Positions 49,368 through 62,400 of a DNA stretch of 64,000 nt are shown here, one piece after another. This DNA comes from Trichodelitschia bisporula. Its lineage: Eukaryota. Both the position numbers and the translations under genes were made by a program. Location: NCBI GenBank assembly GCA_010356995.1, contig ML996692.1:507933-571932 (forward strand), read 5' to 3'. How positions within the stretch are numbered: position 1 is the stretch's first letter; each line of letters begins with the position of its first letter. The notes beneath the pieces were generated by a model. The model was not told the origin of the DNA and made no database searches. It was given only the letters and a program-made list of their open reading frames with translations.

Positions 49368-51025
49368 TTACCTGACAGGAATAGCCCGACACCAAAGCGG
49401 GCCCTTGTCCCACATTATGAAGATCTTCTGATCAGCCCAGTTCTCGCTCTCCGGGCAAAGCTCCAGATCAAAGTTCCACAGAACTTTCGATAAAATGATG
49501 CGGATCTCATGATACGCCATGCTGCGCAGTATTAGCCACATCCTCGATCCCCCAGAAGGATCAAAAACTCACTTCTTCCCCAGACACACCCGCGGCCCTA
49601 GCGAAAACGGCTGCAACGCCGCGCGCATGTCGTGCGCATACGCGCCCCCTCCCCCCTCTTCCCCGCTCAACCACCGCTCCGGCGCAAACACTCCCGCGTT
49701 CCTAAAGTTGCCCTCGTTGCGATACGCCGCCAGGTGCGTGACCATAACCGCCGCGCCCCCGGGCACCCAGACCCCGTCGACAGCCGCGCCGCCCACGGGC
49801 ACGATACGCGGCAGCCCGTTGGACACGGGGGGGAACATGCGGAGGCCTTCTTCGATGCAGGCGTGCAGGTACTTCAGGTGCTGGAGGCGCTCGATGGAAA
49901 TATCCGCCTCCACAGGGAATGCGGTCCGGATTTCGGCGACGAGGCGGGCGAGGGCGGGCGGGTTGCGGAGAAGGTGGTAGGTTAGGCCGCTGAGGAGCGT
50001 GGCGGTGGTTTCGGTGCCGGCGATCATGAAGAGGTTGGCGTTGGTGTACATTTCCTTCAAGGGCAGGGTGGGTCCCGTGCCGTCTTTGTTCTCCGCCAGC
50101 ACGAGGCCCCAGATATCCGGCCGGGCGTCCGTCTTGGCCAAGCGCCGATCGACGCGCTCGCTGCTGAAGCGGCCGTGCTGCCGCCGCTTCTCATCGATGG
50201 ACGCGGGCATGCAGCGCACGAGCAGCGGTTCGACGTAGGGGACGTAGCGCATGGCCATGAGATAAGCGCCGAAGCGGAACGAGGCGAACATATTCGCGAC
50301 CCAGGGGTGGTACTCGTTGTCGCGGAGCAGGTTGAGCGGTTCGCCGAAGGTGAGGTCGCCCATGATGTCGAAGGTGGTGAAGTTGTACATGGTGACCATA
50401 TTGACACGGGCATCCGCTTTGCCCGCCTTCGCGGCGGCAGCGACATTGCGCAGGCGCTGCACGAGCAGGTCGACGTATGTCAGGAATAGGGGCTCCTGCT
50501 GCTTGAGTGCCCTATCTGAAAACGCATTCGAGAAGATGCGCCGGATGCGACTGTGGTCCTCGGGCGTGGCGCGGATGATGTCCGGCACGTGGGCGAATTC
50601 GTCGCCAGCAGGCACGGAGTAGAACTTGGGGGATTTGACGAAGGCTGGTTGTCCGCCTTTGCGGTAGCCGTAGATATCCTTGAAGGCGCCGCCGCCGGCG
50701 AAGCTGAGCTCTCCCGGCGAGATGCGGACCACATTGCCGTATTTCTGGTGCAGGGCTGTTATCCAATGTTGCGCTGTTCCATCGGTGGTGTGCTTAATCA
50801 TCGGCCAAAAAGTTCCGCGGGCGAGAATAGGGCCGGGGAAGGAGCGAAGGGGGTGAAGGGTGAGATTGTAGACGATCTTTAGAAGGTAAAGAGCCGGTCC
50901 CTACAAGACTTGAGCGAGCTGTCGCGGATGCAACTTTGTGTGATACTCACCAGGAAAAGCATCAGAGCAACGAGCTGCCCCGTAGGGAGGCTCACCAAAC
51001 CGTCAATTACATTGCTGATAGCCAT
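49368..51025 (-). CDS. Cytochrome P450 (CYP65/Tri11-like), 3 exons
   Basis: HPLRSFPGP, KYGNVVRISPGELSF, FTTFDIMGDLTFGE, AGTETT, EEGLR, PERW and heme motif FSLGPRVCLG|N. Confidence 0.93.
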
Positions 51026-52101
51026 GGTGTGCTTCACGCGGGATCGTGGTGTTTGGATGAAGTCGCGGCGCCTGCGGTATTTCTATTGAAATGTACACCT
51101 ATTATCTGCTGCACAATCAAGATTAACAGCGATCCCCTGGTCCTTGGATATCTTCCATAGTGTGCGATCACCAGCACCCAAATCTGTGGCTCAGCCAGTG
51201 CAGAAACGCCAGGCTGCAAGCTCCCGGTTCCCGAGCCCTTTCCGAGTGCCTGCAAATTAAAAACGTTCGTCCGGGCGCAAAAAATAGACCAATCGGACTG
51301 GGAGCCATCTTCATCGATTTCGGATACAAACTTAGTTCCCGAAGTTGATCGCCTTTGGGACCGGCAACGCGAGAATCCGGGGAATGGTAATATCAATGTG
51401 ACTCTATGTGGGTGAAGCTCTGGCTCTCAAATGGGCGGCTATCTGTGTCCCGAGTCTAAGCACAATATATTTGCCTGTTTGGAGAGCTTTGACCAGAGGT
51501 TTAAGAGACAGAGAGACGGACAGCTGTCTGGAGGCGTCAGACGTCGTTTGATCGAACCCAGGATGAGATATATCACGTGATGGGAAGAAAGCTGGTCGAC
51601 CTAGGTAAGTTCGGATGGACATGAAGTCGCTTGACCACCCAATGGCACGGAGATGTTCGTGCTGATAGTGTTATATCAGCGCGCTTGAACTTAAGCATCG
51701 TAGTGTTGAGAAAAGACTTCACTACGAACAGCCTGAGGGCCTTTGTGTTGAATCCAGGGAAGTTTGAGATCCTCAAAGGGAGAACTGAAAGAACATAGCA
51801 GCACGGGCGGAGACCGTGAGGAGATGCTCAAGTATCTGCGCCGGAAGTCTGAGATATATATGGTGCACAGCGACCAAAGGTGAAGCGAGGCGGAAGAACG
51901 TTGAGAAATGTTGACCATTCTGAGCGGTGATTTTAGATATCGCCCTATCTTGGTTTTCGGCTCTCCAAGGATCCAGCATTCGATACATCCGTAGTTCGCT
52001 CCATATCTGACTGGCTCTCTCGCTCATCATAGCCAGCCACTGCCTTAGCTGGTAAACCACAAGGTCTTAGTCCACTCACACCGACTCGAGGGATGCTCGT
52101 T

Positions 52102-52139
52102 CGTAGAGCTCACCCATCGCCGTAGAGCTCACACATCGC
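52102..52139. repeat. 19-bp direct tandem duplication
   Basis: CGTAGAGCTCACCCATCGC followed by CGTAGAGCTCACACATCGC (1 mismatch). Confidence 0.8.
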
Positions 52140-52270
52140 CATCTCCCTCGTAAGGGAGTCGTAGGTGAACCATGCAGTATACGTAGCAGCAATGACCCTG
52201 GTATTATCTCTTCCATGCACGATATGACTGCATATCAACCGGAAGTAGAAGGGTCGACTCTGGACCGTAG

Positions 52271-52576
52271 TTATGTTGAAGGCGCATCGTCGATATCTGC
52301 TCCATGCCGCACAGTTTGCACCTTGCGATACTCCTGCTCCAGTGCTCGCTGCATGTCAAAGTCCAACTGGCGCTCCTTTCTCAACCTCTGCTGCTCCATG
52401 TCGCGGATGACGCCGGCGTGCATTGCCTAAGGACGGATTAACATCTTGACTGCAGGGGAACGGGACACCCAGAAACACACCGCTCGTTCGGCCTTTTGTC
52501 CATAATGCACAGAGAACACAATGGCGATGGCGGATAGACTGGTTACTGCTAATGTGATTTTTGATGCGGCTGACAT
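52271..52576 (-). CDS. PET117: Cytochrome c oxidase assembly factor Pet117, 2 exons
   Basis: MSAASKITLAVTSL...VHYGQKAERA|AMHAGVIRDMEQQRLRKERQLDFDMQRALEQEYRKVQTV. Confidence 0.93.
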
Positions 52577-52797
52577 GGTGGTTGCTGTCACTGTCACAAA
52601 GCAAGTCCAAATTTCTGCATGAAGTCGACATTCAAGTCTCGTCCAATGATCAAGCTGCTGCTGCGCGAGAGAGGTGTGGTCAGTGCTCCAGCTGCAGCTC
52701 TTGGCTGTCTGCGCTTGGCAGGTCAATGCGCCATCATAGACGCCGATAACGACGAAGTTGCAACAGCTGCAAAAGTAAAGCTCGCTTAGGAATCAAT

Positions 52798-53405
52798 ATG
52801 GTAAGCTAGACTTCTAAAACGCTTCAAGAGATGTTGCTAATGCTGAGTCGTAGTCTGCTCAAAATTCTGCGGGCATCCAGACGCTGCTCGACGTGCGTAT
52901 AGCCTCCAATCTGCTTCTGCCTTGAGCGTCAACTTACAGACCATCAGGCTGAGCGGGATGCTCAAAAGATTGTGCAGAAGGGTGAGTGAGAGGCGACATG
53001 CAGCCTTGGTCTATTCAATCTAATCTGTACCAGCACGCGAATGTACGCCTTAACCCATAACCCTCTGCTCCCCGGCTTCGCCTAATGGCATGCAGATCGG
53101 ACAAAAAAGGTCAAGGAAGCTCGCTCCCAGGCTCAGAATGAGATAGAGGAGTATCGGGCGAAGAAAGAAGAAGAGTTTAAGGCTTTTGAGCGCAAGGTGT
53201 GTCTTCTTACCGGATGGGCCAACTTCGACTGACCATCAACGTACAGCACACCAGCGGCAACAAGAAGATGGAAGAGGATGCCAACGCGGAGACGGAGAAG
53301 AAGCTGAAGGAGATCAAGCAAATTGGAGGCTCCAAGGGCAGCAAGGTCATTGACGATTTGCTGAAGGCTGTCTTGGACGTCAAGGCGGAGCCGCTCAGGA
53401 CCTAA
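52798..53405 (+). CDS. VMA10: V-ATPase V1 subunit G, 6 exons
   Basis: ATG|SAQNSAGIQTLLD|AERDAQKIVQK|ARE|YRTKKVKEARSQAQNEIEEYR...|HTSGNKKMEEDA. ATG-only first coding exon and a 9-nt microexon at 53034-53042. Confidence 0.95.
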
Positions 53406-56400
53406 GAGCCGACATCGCTAAAGTAATCAAGCTTGGGACTGTTGATGCAATCGTTGACGCGCGTTTAGCTTTATGCTTGGACATCAGCTCGCAAAGCCTT
53501 TCTGTGCTGGAGCTTCGGAGCGTCTCTGCCTTGCCGCACTGCAGGCGTTGAATCATGAGATGGGGTTAAACAAGCGCACATGTATCACGCATTCAAACCC
53601 CGCCCCCGAGCTATTTCCATTTTGCGCAAGTGCAGGAGAGAGTGCTCTCTTCACAAAGTGATGCAAAGGCTCCACATCTTTTAATTTAAGCCGGTGCGTA
53701 CTGGGCGCGCGCCTTACATGAATACTGCTTTCCCCTGGCAAGGCTTGCATCAAGAGTATGCGACATATTCCTTTATTCTCCCGCGCCGCAGCCTGGCCAC
53801 CAGTCACCAGCGCATCTGGCAGCTACCTGGAACTGTCAAGCAAGGTTTGAGGGCCCGGAAACGCCGAACGCCTGTTCGGTGCGAGGGGGAGGCAACTTTC
53901 TTCTAACAAGGCGTGGTGGTCCTTGAGCGTTTTCCTATCCGATGTAAATCTCCAGCTCCGTACCATGATGCGTAAGCATCCACCATACTTTTATAGCCGC
54001 CGAGTCATCGCATGATCTCACATCATGTGTGTGCATATTGACCGTTTGATGTAGGTTCGTACATGCGGGTTTGCAAATAGCCATAGAAAAATCATATCCC
54101 ATTTCGGATTTTGTCCATGATGGAGCCTTGGAAGCTGGCGATCAAAAAGCTTAAATCAAATGGGCAAGAACACCTCAGCCGAAGAAAGTACGGGGGAGAT
54201 ATCAAATTTTCGCATTATGGTGCTGAGGGACCCTCAGTCTGGATGTTGCAGCCAGCCGCATCGTGGCAACGCACACCTGAATCAGTGTCGAGAAGCCACA
54301 GGAAGTACCACGATCTGGTCTGAGCTGGTGGAAGCGGCGGCCCGATGGGCTCATGCTACATCTGATGAAAGCTCACGGGCCAGATCCAAATGTCTAACCC
54401 CACATCGCTGTTCTCCCCCGTACTCTGCATTCCAAACGCGAAATATGTGTCTGGACAAGATGAAGGATAAAATTTAAGCTCTGTGGCATCTAGCAGCTCA
54501 CCTGCGATGAACTTCGCCTCCAAATGTGAGACGTTGCCTGTACTCGTACAGCCCGCAACCCACCATCGTGCTCCTGAGCGGTACCACCAAATTCCTGGCC
54601 TGTGATTCACCCCCTTAGCCGGCTTTTGATTGGAGCACTTGGAGTGACATTTCGCACGGTTCGCATCCCCCACATTCTATTCCTTCTTCAACTGGACTTT
54701 ATGGATGGCTTCGTTGTTCTCCGATTGCCTCTTGCGTGAGGACAGTACGTGAAACTGGAGTTTGTGTATCCCTTCAAAACGGCTACCGCCCCAGCACGGA
54801 TGATGCACCATCTTGAGCTCAACCCCCGAAAGTGAAACGGAAGTTGGACGGAAGGAAATACCGGAAGCGAGTGGGCAGGCAGAGGGCCTAGGAAGCGATG
54901 GGCTTGGTTCGACACGATGAACTCCCAGGTGCTCCGCGGCCAGTCCCTTTGGGTTTTCATCCCGCTCCCAGCCCAACCCCCACCCCACTCAGGCCGACTT
55001 TGAGGACCTGTGATCAGGCAGCAGCTGAAAGGGCACACGGCCCGACGACCCAGTTGGCAACTTCTTTGACAACCCCGGCGCCCCTTCCACCCGAAACTGT
55101 CACTCGAATTTGGTTTGAAGCCGGACAGCATCGACACTCTCGCACATGAGACCGGAAAGCCAACAGCCCTCGCCCCTGGCACAAACAAGCGGATGGCGGC
55201 TATAATCCCAGCATCGCCTCCGCCAGCATCAAACAGTGCGCTTATGCAAGTCGCTGCGATTTCTTGGTGGGGCCGTGATGTTGGCTGTGGGGTGAGCGGC
55301 GGCGCGTTAATCATCGTCGCCGTATCGAGTACGTGATGCGGGGACAGCCTGCTTCTCGTCCTCTGACAGCACACCCTTCGTCCCCGACGTCCTCCTCGCG
55401 ATCGTCAAATGGCTCAAATGTCGCGATTACGGGGACAACAGGCCAAGGCCGCCAAGTTGAGAGCTCTCTCGCACAATTTTCGAACCCACAGCAGCCCAAG
55501 GCAGGAGAATCCCCCGCCTCTAGTGAGGGTCGAGTGATTGATTCTGATTGCAAGATTCCTAGACAGGTTAGCTCCACATTGCGTGGCCGGCCCCCCGCCG
55601 TGCGTCTCGGCACATAACGCTGCGCAATGCATCTTACATGCCGGTCAGAGTCCCTTTACTGCCGGCCACCCCAGCTGTTCCAATATCGGCCTGGCTTCCA
55701 TCATTGCTACTGGTGACAAAATTGACTGCTATCATGCAGAAACCTGCCGCAGGGAACTAGGGGACAATGGCCTGACAGCTCCTGCCACGTCCGTCTTGCG
55801 CTCGCTTTTTAGGGGTTCGAGGCGTCTGCTATCCGAGCCCAGTGGAAGCGCTCGGAAGGGCGGAGAGTCGGAGGAGCTAAGCGACAGCGGTTGGGGTACC
55901 ATGCGGTTGATTTCCCTAGTCAACATTCTGACGAACGGCGGTGGGCGGTAAAATGATGGCCGCGCGGACAGCTTCCTCTGCTGGCAAGGCGTTTCCTTCT
56001 GACAGGCCACTCCTAAATGTACATCGGATGGTTGTACGCACAGCCTGATGCATGAGCTTGCATAAGTTGCGGAACCAGCAACGGTAAGGAGGCTTCGCCG
56101 GGAGATCGAGTTGTCTTGACTTTCTTTGTCCAGGTACGGGATTGGGCGAGGCTGGCAGCCGTTGAGAGCCGAGCCAACGACTGCCGAAGTATTGTTACAC
56201 ATGCCTGTTGTGCAGTTTTATCGCCAGTGGTCCATAGGCGAAACTCAATGGAGAGAGGCCATCGCTTCGCACAAAAGGTCTTCGCCAGAACAGCTTCGGT
56301 ACTGTGTCCGACGGTGCAAGTGCCTATATCCTCTAGAAAGACTCAACCGTTAACAGAATACCGGAAATTCGCATCGCTCATCCACATGGAGGAACAGTAA

Positions 56401-59400
56401 TAATCCAGGGAAAGCAGCATGAGGGAACAACAGCAGACAGGAGCAGACAATACCACACAATAAATCTGGCTTTCTTATATGTTGAGACAACACACAGTTA
56501 CAGAGACTCCACCGAAAGACTTCCAAGTAACACGCTTCTCCTTACACGGAGGATAGAATGCTAAAGCAAGGTGCAGATATTTTTAGATGAGAAAAGGAGA
56601 TTTCGACAAAGAGATCTCACCTTTAAGTTTTGAACCTTTCTCCGACCGTTGCCCATGTGTGTAGACGACACAACGACCCTTTCTTCTCGGACCGTGGGAA
56701 ACGTTCCCTTTCCAGCCGAATATATGAATGCAGTACATAAGACAGTTTCTCCTGACATTGTCTTTTGCGGCCCTGGAAAGGCCGCTGTCGGACGACATAT
56801 ACTTCAAGCGAGGCTTTTACCGGAAGAGGGGCAGGCTGCTAGGCCTCAACTCCCGAGTGTTACCACACCCGGATAAAGAAGGCGTGACCTCGACACAAGA
56901 CCACCTCAACCGTCGGAACCAGATACCAAAGGACGAGGCCCACTTCACGAAGAGCCGGGTCCCAAACTGCCAGTCGGCTCTTCTTTGGGACTCTGCGGCG
57001 CCTCCAACGGCAGGTGGCTGGCTCTGCCGGCGAGCGCCAAGCAGAGTTGCAGTTTCTTCCCAAGTGGTGCTAGCTTGTAGCGCGGTAACTGCGGTTCCAA
57101 ATATTCCATACATATGTATGTGCCTACATCCTCCTACTGCGATCGCAGATCGGAATCGTGGACCGGGAATTGGATGGTGTGGTGCGTCTCGCCAAATCCG
57201 TCAGCCATCTGCTGGCAAGACGTGGGAATGGCTGACTCCTCACATGAAGCCAGGCCATCTCCGCGTTGGTGCTCATACCGTACAGCATGCACGCAAGCCG
57301 GCCGCGCTCGGCTTCAAGCCAGCCCTACGCACCCTCACTTGGATGTAGCCGGACGAAAAGGGAATTGTGTCGTGGCATCCAGGACAGCCCGGGATCCAGT
57401 CGGGCGGAGCCGCATTGGCTGGCATGGATGTTGACAAACGTACACCCAACAGGTACCGGAGGTACGATTCGGGATTGTGGGGTGGATGGGACGAGTGGCA
57501 GCGGCCGTGTTGGTGGTGGCTCCAAGCCATAACGTGGTGTTCATTCTGAACCTTTTCCAGTCGCTTCGTCTCGGTCCTGCCTCCGATTGGCAGCCACGAG
57601 GCTCAATTCCGTATACAAGCGCTATTGCACAGCTTAAACACGCTGTCTTAGAATCACGCGATGCTGCAGGTCGACAATACGGAGGCAATGCCGAGAGCGA
57701 GTGGGACGACCAGACGCGTTAGCCGGATGGTGTGTCGGAACTCAACGTCGACGGCTTCTCGCAAGCAACTAACTCGGCCAGTGATGATGGTGATGAGATA
57801 CCGCAACGTAGTTATTGCGATAGGATGAAGGAGATGAGGTGGATGTACGCGTCTGCTGCTTGCTTGGAGGTCTGGATACCACAACAGGCCTGAGCTGGCC
57901 CTACCCAAGTCAGAGTAGGTACACCAGGCAGGTACGTACCGGAGGCTGAAGTTCGATCTACTGTATAATCATGACATACGAGACGAAGAGAAGGCGATAG
58001 CCAGATAGAGATGCCCCAGCGGGACATGAGAGTTGTTCATTTCGACGATTGCGTTTGTGCCACAAGTCACTTTGAAGGAGAACAGTGCCTAATTTTTCCT
58101 GCTAGATCCCTCGCCAGGTAGCGGCACCTCAAAGTCGTGTCAGTCACGTGGCATTACGGGTTCACCTCAGAGACAGCGATTGTAGGCCGCTCTTCTGAGC
58201 TTGCACGTAGATAGGATTACCACGCGCTCCCTGAAAGGCCTTCCTGCATTCAGACTCTTCAAGGAAGGAGATTGTGCGTCTATGACGTAGGCGCGCCACG
58301 GCCGATTTGAGGCACAGCATACAACCATACAACGTAGTGGCCGAACATGGCTCCACTAAGACGAAGCTGCTCAGCTTTACAGCCGTCAGTTACATTGTGC
58401 CGAGCGCTCCCGCATAAGTGAAGACACATTGGCCTTCAGCTCTCATATCCGGTCATGCTTACGCATCTGGCAATTCGATCCCCGCCGTCAGGCGCCCAAC
58501 GATAGAAAGAATGGCTGTCATCGAGTCTGCGCATTGTCCTATGCCGTTCAACCGGTCTCCTTCCACTCCTGCTTTCGCATGGCGAAGCGAACACCGCCAT
58601 GCAGTGACTGTCTACATAGAACGTGCTTACAACCAGGCTGTCGGTTCGGCAGGCCAGTCAAAACGGGCATCCTTTCTGCAAAGGACCTTAGGCTAAAACA
58701 TTCTCGCGCAGAAACACCGCAAAAATTCCTCCCCGGCGTTTACCGCGCCTGAACGGGTTCTAATCGCACGTCGAGAAGTCTATTAGGTTGCACAACATCG
58801 GCCAAGAGCGCGCCTTTCGCGGCGTGTTAGCTACAAGCGACCAACGACCCAATCTGCAATCAATGGCATACGTACACTCTTTTAAAGTTGCCCAAATAGG
58901 GTTGCGCCGTAAATACGATTTGAAATTTTGTCCCGTCCCGCAGCCACGTTTTACTGCCGTAAAATCGCTTATGAATCGGCCTATGTCGTTGCGGCCGACC
59001 ATGCTTGGTCTGCTTCCCGCCGGATCTCGGCCAGGTCAACCGAATTGTGGTACATGGGGATGACACGTCCAGCTCTCGTCAGCCTCGCCTGGCCGATTAA
59101 GGTGGCCCGATGGCGGACATCAGTGCGTCGCAAGCAATCCGGCATGGAATTGAATGCACCTTTGGCCTTCCAAGTGCCATCCCGCCTTTCTGCGCCAGCG
59201 CTTGCAGTTGCGCCCAATATTCGAATGGTCAAAACTAGATGCCAATGCTGCCCGGGCCTTTGTTGATTGGCACCTAACCGGCCATTCGCGTCTCCCTCCG
59301 CAGCCTAATCTTACTGGCTCGGGAGCGGGAGGGCGTTGAATAGCGGGCCGCTCCGTTGCTTTCCTACCTTAGTTCGCCACCCTGACTTCGTAACGAAGTA

Positions 59401-62400
59401 AATGTCTTTGGAGGGAGGGTGCGATATCCGTGCTTCATACCATTATATCCTGTCATCAGTAGGAAGAGGTTAAACAAACTTCTATGAGACGTCAAAATAA
59501 GGTTGCCGGGCAGGTGTGGTACAACGTGAAACAAAGAACACTGTTCCCTTTTTTCCGCTCGGACGTCCGGCTCTGCTTGAGCGACGCACTATCCTTACTT
59601 CCGGTCGCATATTGCACCTCACCCCAAAAAAAAGAACGAGCCAATGGCCCATCAAGCTTGGTTTGGATTAGTATCAGTATTCTATCCGAAGCCATAGGCG
59701 GAATACTCTGAGAGTATGTCGTTGGTCGCCCGAGACGTTCCAATGAATCAATGACAACTATTAGCTTAAGGTGGTTCTGTCTCCATCTAGAATCCCCTTA
59801 AATGCTGAAGGCGATTTCTGGTACGCAGCAATGGAGGGATCCACGCGTCGAGTACGCTATGGCTGAACGATAATCACATACCGGTAGGAGGTCCAGCAGA
59901 ATCCCCTACTTACTTGGCAGTAATGAAGCTAACTGGCATTCGAATGCAATATGTCCTAGAACTAGCACCTAATTCGTTCCAAGGGCATAACCAAACGGTG
60001 ACTTGCATCGGGACGGGGAAAAGGTTCCGATTGACAACTATCACCCCAGTAGTCACCTGCAAGGTGCCTATCGAGGGCTATGCTTCATGGCCCCCTAGCA
60101 AGCACCGTCATGAGCTGTCGAAAAACTCATATGTGCCCCTGAGCCTTGGGTTCTTAGCAGTCTTCAATCGTATATGCGTGAAATGTACTCAGTTAAACTT
60201 CGCGGAGCTGATGCAGAAAGCGAACAGAAAACAATTCCATTTGTACCGTCAAAAATGAAGGCACCACCCAAACCAAGCTATCATGATGACCCCGATGTCT
60301 GAGAGGGGTGAATTTTTTTCGCATTGTTCCCGGGATTCAGATCAGTGTGCAGGAGGATGTGTGCGGACCGATGTCAGAGGGCGCAAGGCTTGCGTTTACG
60401 ACAGGCTCGGCAGCCAGACAAGAATGCGCGACCGGATGCATGAGGCTAAGGCCAAAGTTGGGATTAAGCGCTACGCGCTCTTCTGCATCGCGCAGGCAGT
60501 GGGCGTACGAAGTCATACTATATCGACCTACTCAGAGAAAGGAAAAGAGGAAAAAGGAACCATGACCCTAGCAGATGACGATGAATGCAGGCCGAGTGTG
60601 TCGAGTACGAAGTAGAGAAAAAAGCAGACAATGTCCCTAAGCGCATTCCCCATGAGCTTACACGAGTGGCGTTTCGAAGTTCGACGTGGTACCCTTGCCC
60701 TAAAAGATGCAGAAAGGCTTCCCGTCTCTTACCGTAGACGACAGTGTGCTTTTGTCGACACTCTAGATCCAGGACTTGTGGTGCCGTGGCACAGGGTTGG
60801 CCCTTGAAGGGTCAAGGCCCCGAGGGTGGTGGAGGCCAGCCACAGATCCCGCACGGGAGAGCCGCCCAGAGGCCGGCTAGGACAGTCCTTGATCAGCAAG
60901 GCTCGAGAGATGTAAGTTGTGGATGGCTTGTGGTGAATCGAGGAAGGAACGACTGGCCATCGGCCGGGGTACGGGTACCCGTAGTCTCTGAGCATAAGCG
61001 CACTGCAATGTCGATTTGTGATCACGGTCTAGGAGTTCGACAGACCGCTAGAGGGGCAATTCATCCTACGGGAGCGAGGACCGCAAGTGCTCGAGGTACC
61101 AGTAGCACCGGAGAGGAGGCAATGAGATGCTTCATTCGCCTTACAAACGGCAAGGGGGCGATCCAAGAGGCCTGCACGGATACGTAACGCGCGGGTTTAG
61201 CACCCCACCTTTCCAGCTGGTCGCCGAGCTCGATCACCATCGCGATACCGGTACGCTAAGTACGGTAGCAAACCCACAGATGCAGTAAACGACTCTTTCG
61301 GTAGACGTTAGCGGCCAAGTGATGGAGGCGCTCGATACCGTATGCGGCATTTCGGGGAGGTGATAAGTACGTGCCTTTGGCCTCAAGGCCAAGATGACGA
61401 CCTGGTCCCATATGGTGCGCATCGGACGTACATGCACGAATAGTAGGTCGTCTACCAGATGCAGCTGTGGGATGCAAGTTTTTTGTGCCTCTTCCTGTTG
61501 CTCTGCGACTTGCTGTCACCGCGCTTGCTGCTGCTCAATCCAGTCAAAGCAACCGGTTGAGGTTGGACGAAGATTCTGGCCGAGTCGATCGCCTTGTCAT
61601 GTCAAGGCAAAATAAGGCAGAAGCACGTTCCGTTTCTCCGTACCAGTAAGGAATGATGAGAAGTGGCAGTCGACGGTTGTTTGAAGGACGATGTTACACA
61701 TGTTATACATAGAAAGCGATTTACGGAGTACAGAATCAGAACTAGAGGCGATTGTGAAGATTTTCGCATTATGTTATCGGACACGGTCGGGGACTTAGGG
61801 CAAGTGCTTGGCAACTTCGGCTTCGGCGGAGGAAGGAGGAGCGAGGGCGATACCTGGAGCGACTCCCGTCCAAGCTGTCCGGGAGCCTGGTTCACCCCGG
61901 GTAATAGACAAATTCCCGCCCCCAGCCCCGGCTCGTGCTGGGGGTTCTCGCGCTGCTGCTGCTCGACTAATCCGGGACCTCAATGGCAGGCCCGTCAGTA
62001 CATGGCGCGAGACGTAATCTTCCTCACTTAAAGAAAAGAATCCATCAAGATGGCATCATTCCTATGGTAGCTGATCTTCCAGCGTCATACCTCTGCAAAT
62101 ATTGAGCTCTGATGCATATCGGCAACGAATCTCAATTGAGGACTGTCCTTGTTACGGTAACCGCTGGCTGTCAGCATGCGCAATGCTCGCAACGGCCCGT
62201 GGATGGCAGTTCGGCGAATTCCCTGGCCTTGTCATTATTCGTCGGCACCCCAATCTTTCCATCCCCGCGCACGTGCGGTGCGACACCTATTTGGCTTCCA
62301 GATACTGGACCACAACTGTGAGCTTAGGCTCCCGTTAGGTACCGGTACATCATTCGCGGCGTTCTGCGTCTGGGCCTCACGATCGGCGGACAAAGCATCA

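Noticed and set aside
50802..50901. Apparent truncation or frameshift at the CYP N-terminus (ORF track starts at 50801)
   Set aside because: The frame is intact upstream (YNLTLHPLRSFPGP) and joins exon 1 through a normal intron; not a pseudogene.
51400..52060. Chain of short minus-strand ORFs upstream of the CYP
   Set aside because: No recognisable domain or coherent splice model.
54362..54400. CTGATGA as a possible hammerhead ribozyme core (also at ~27976)
   Set aside because: No stem II followed by GAAA, and no stem I/III partners.
61653..61745. ATGATGA as a possible box C of another snoRNA
   Set aside because: No box D at a suitable distance and no rRNA-complementary guide recognised.
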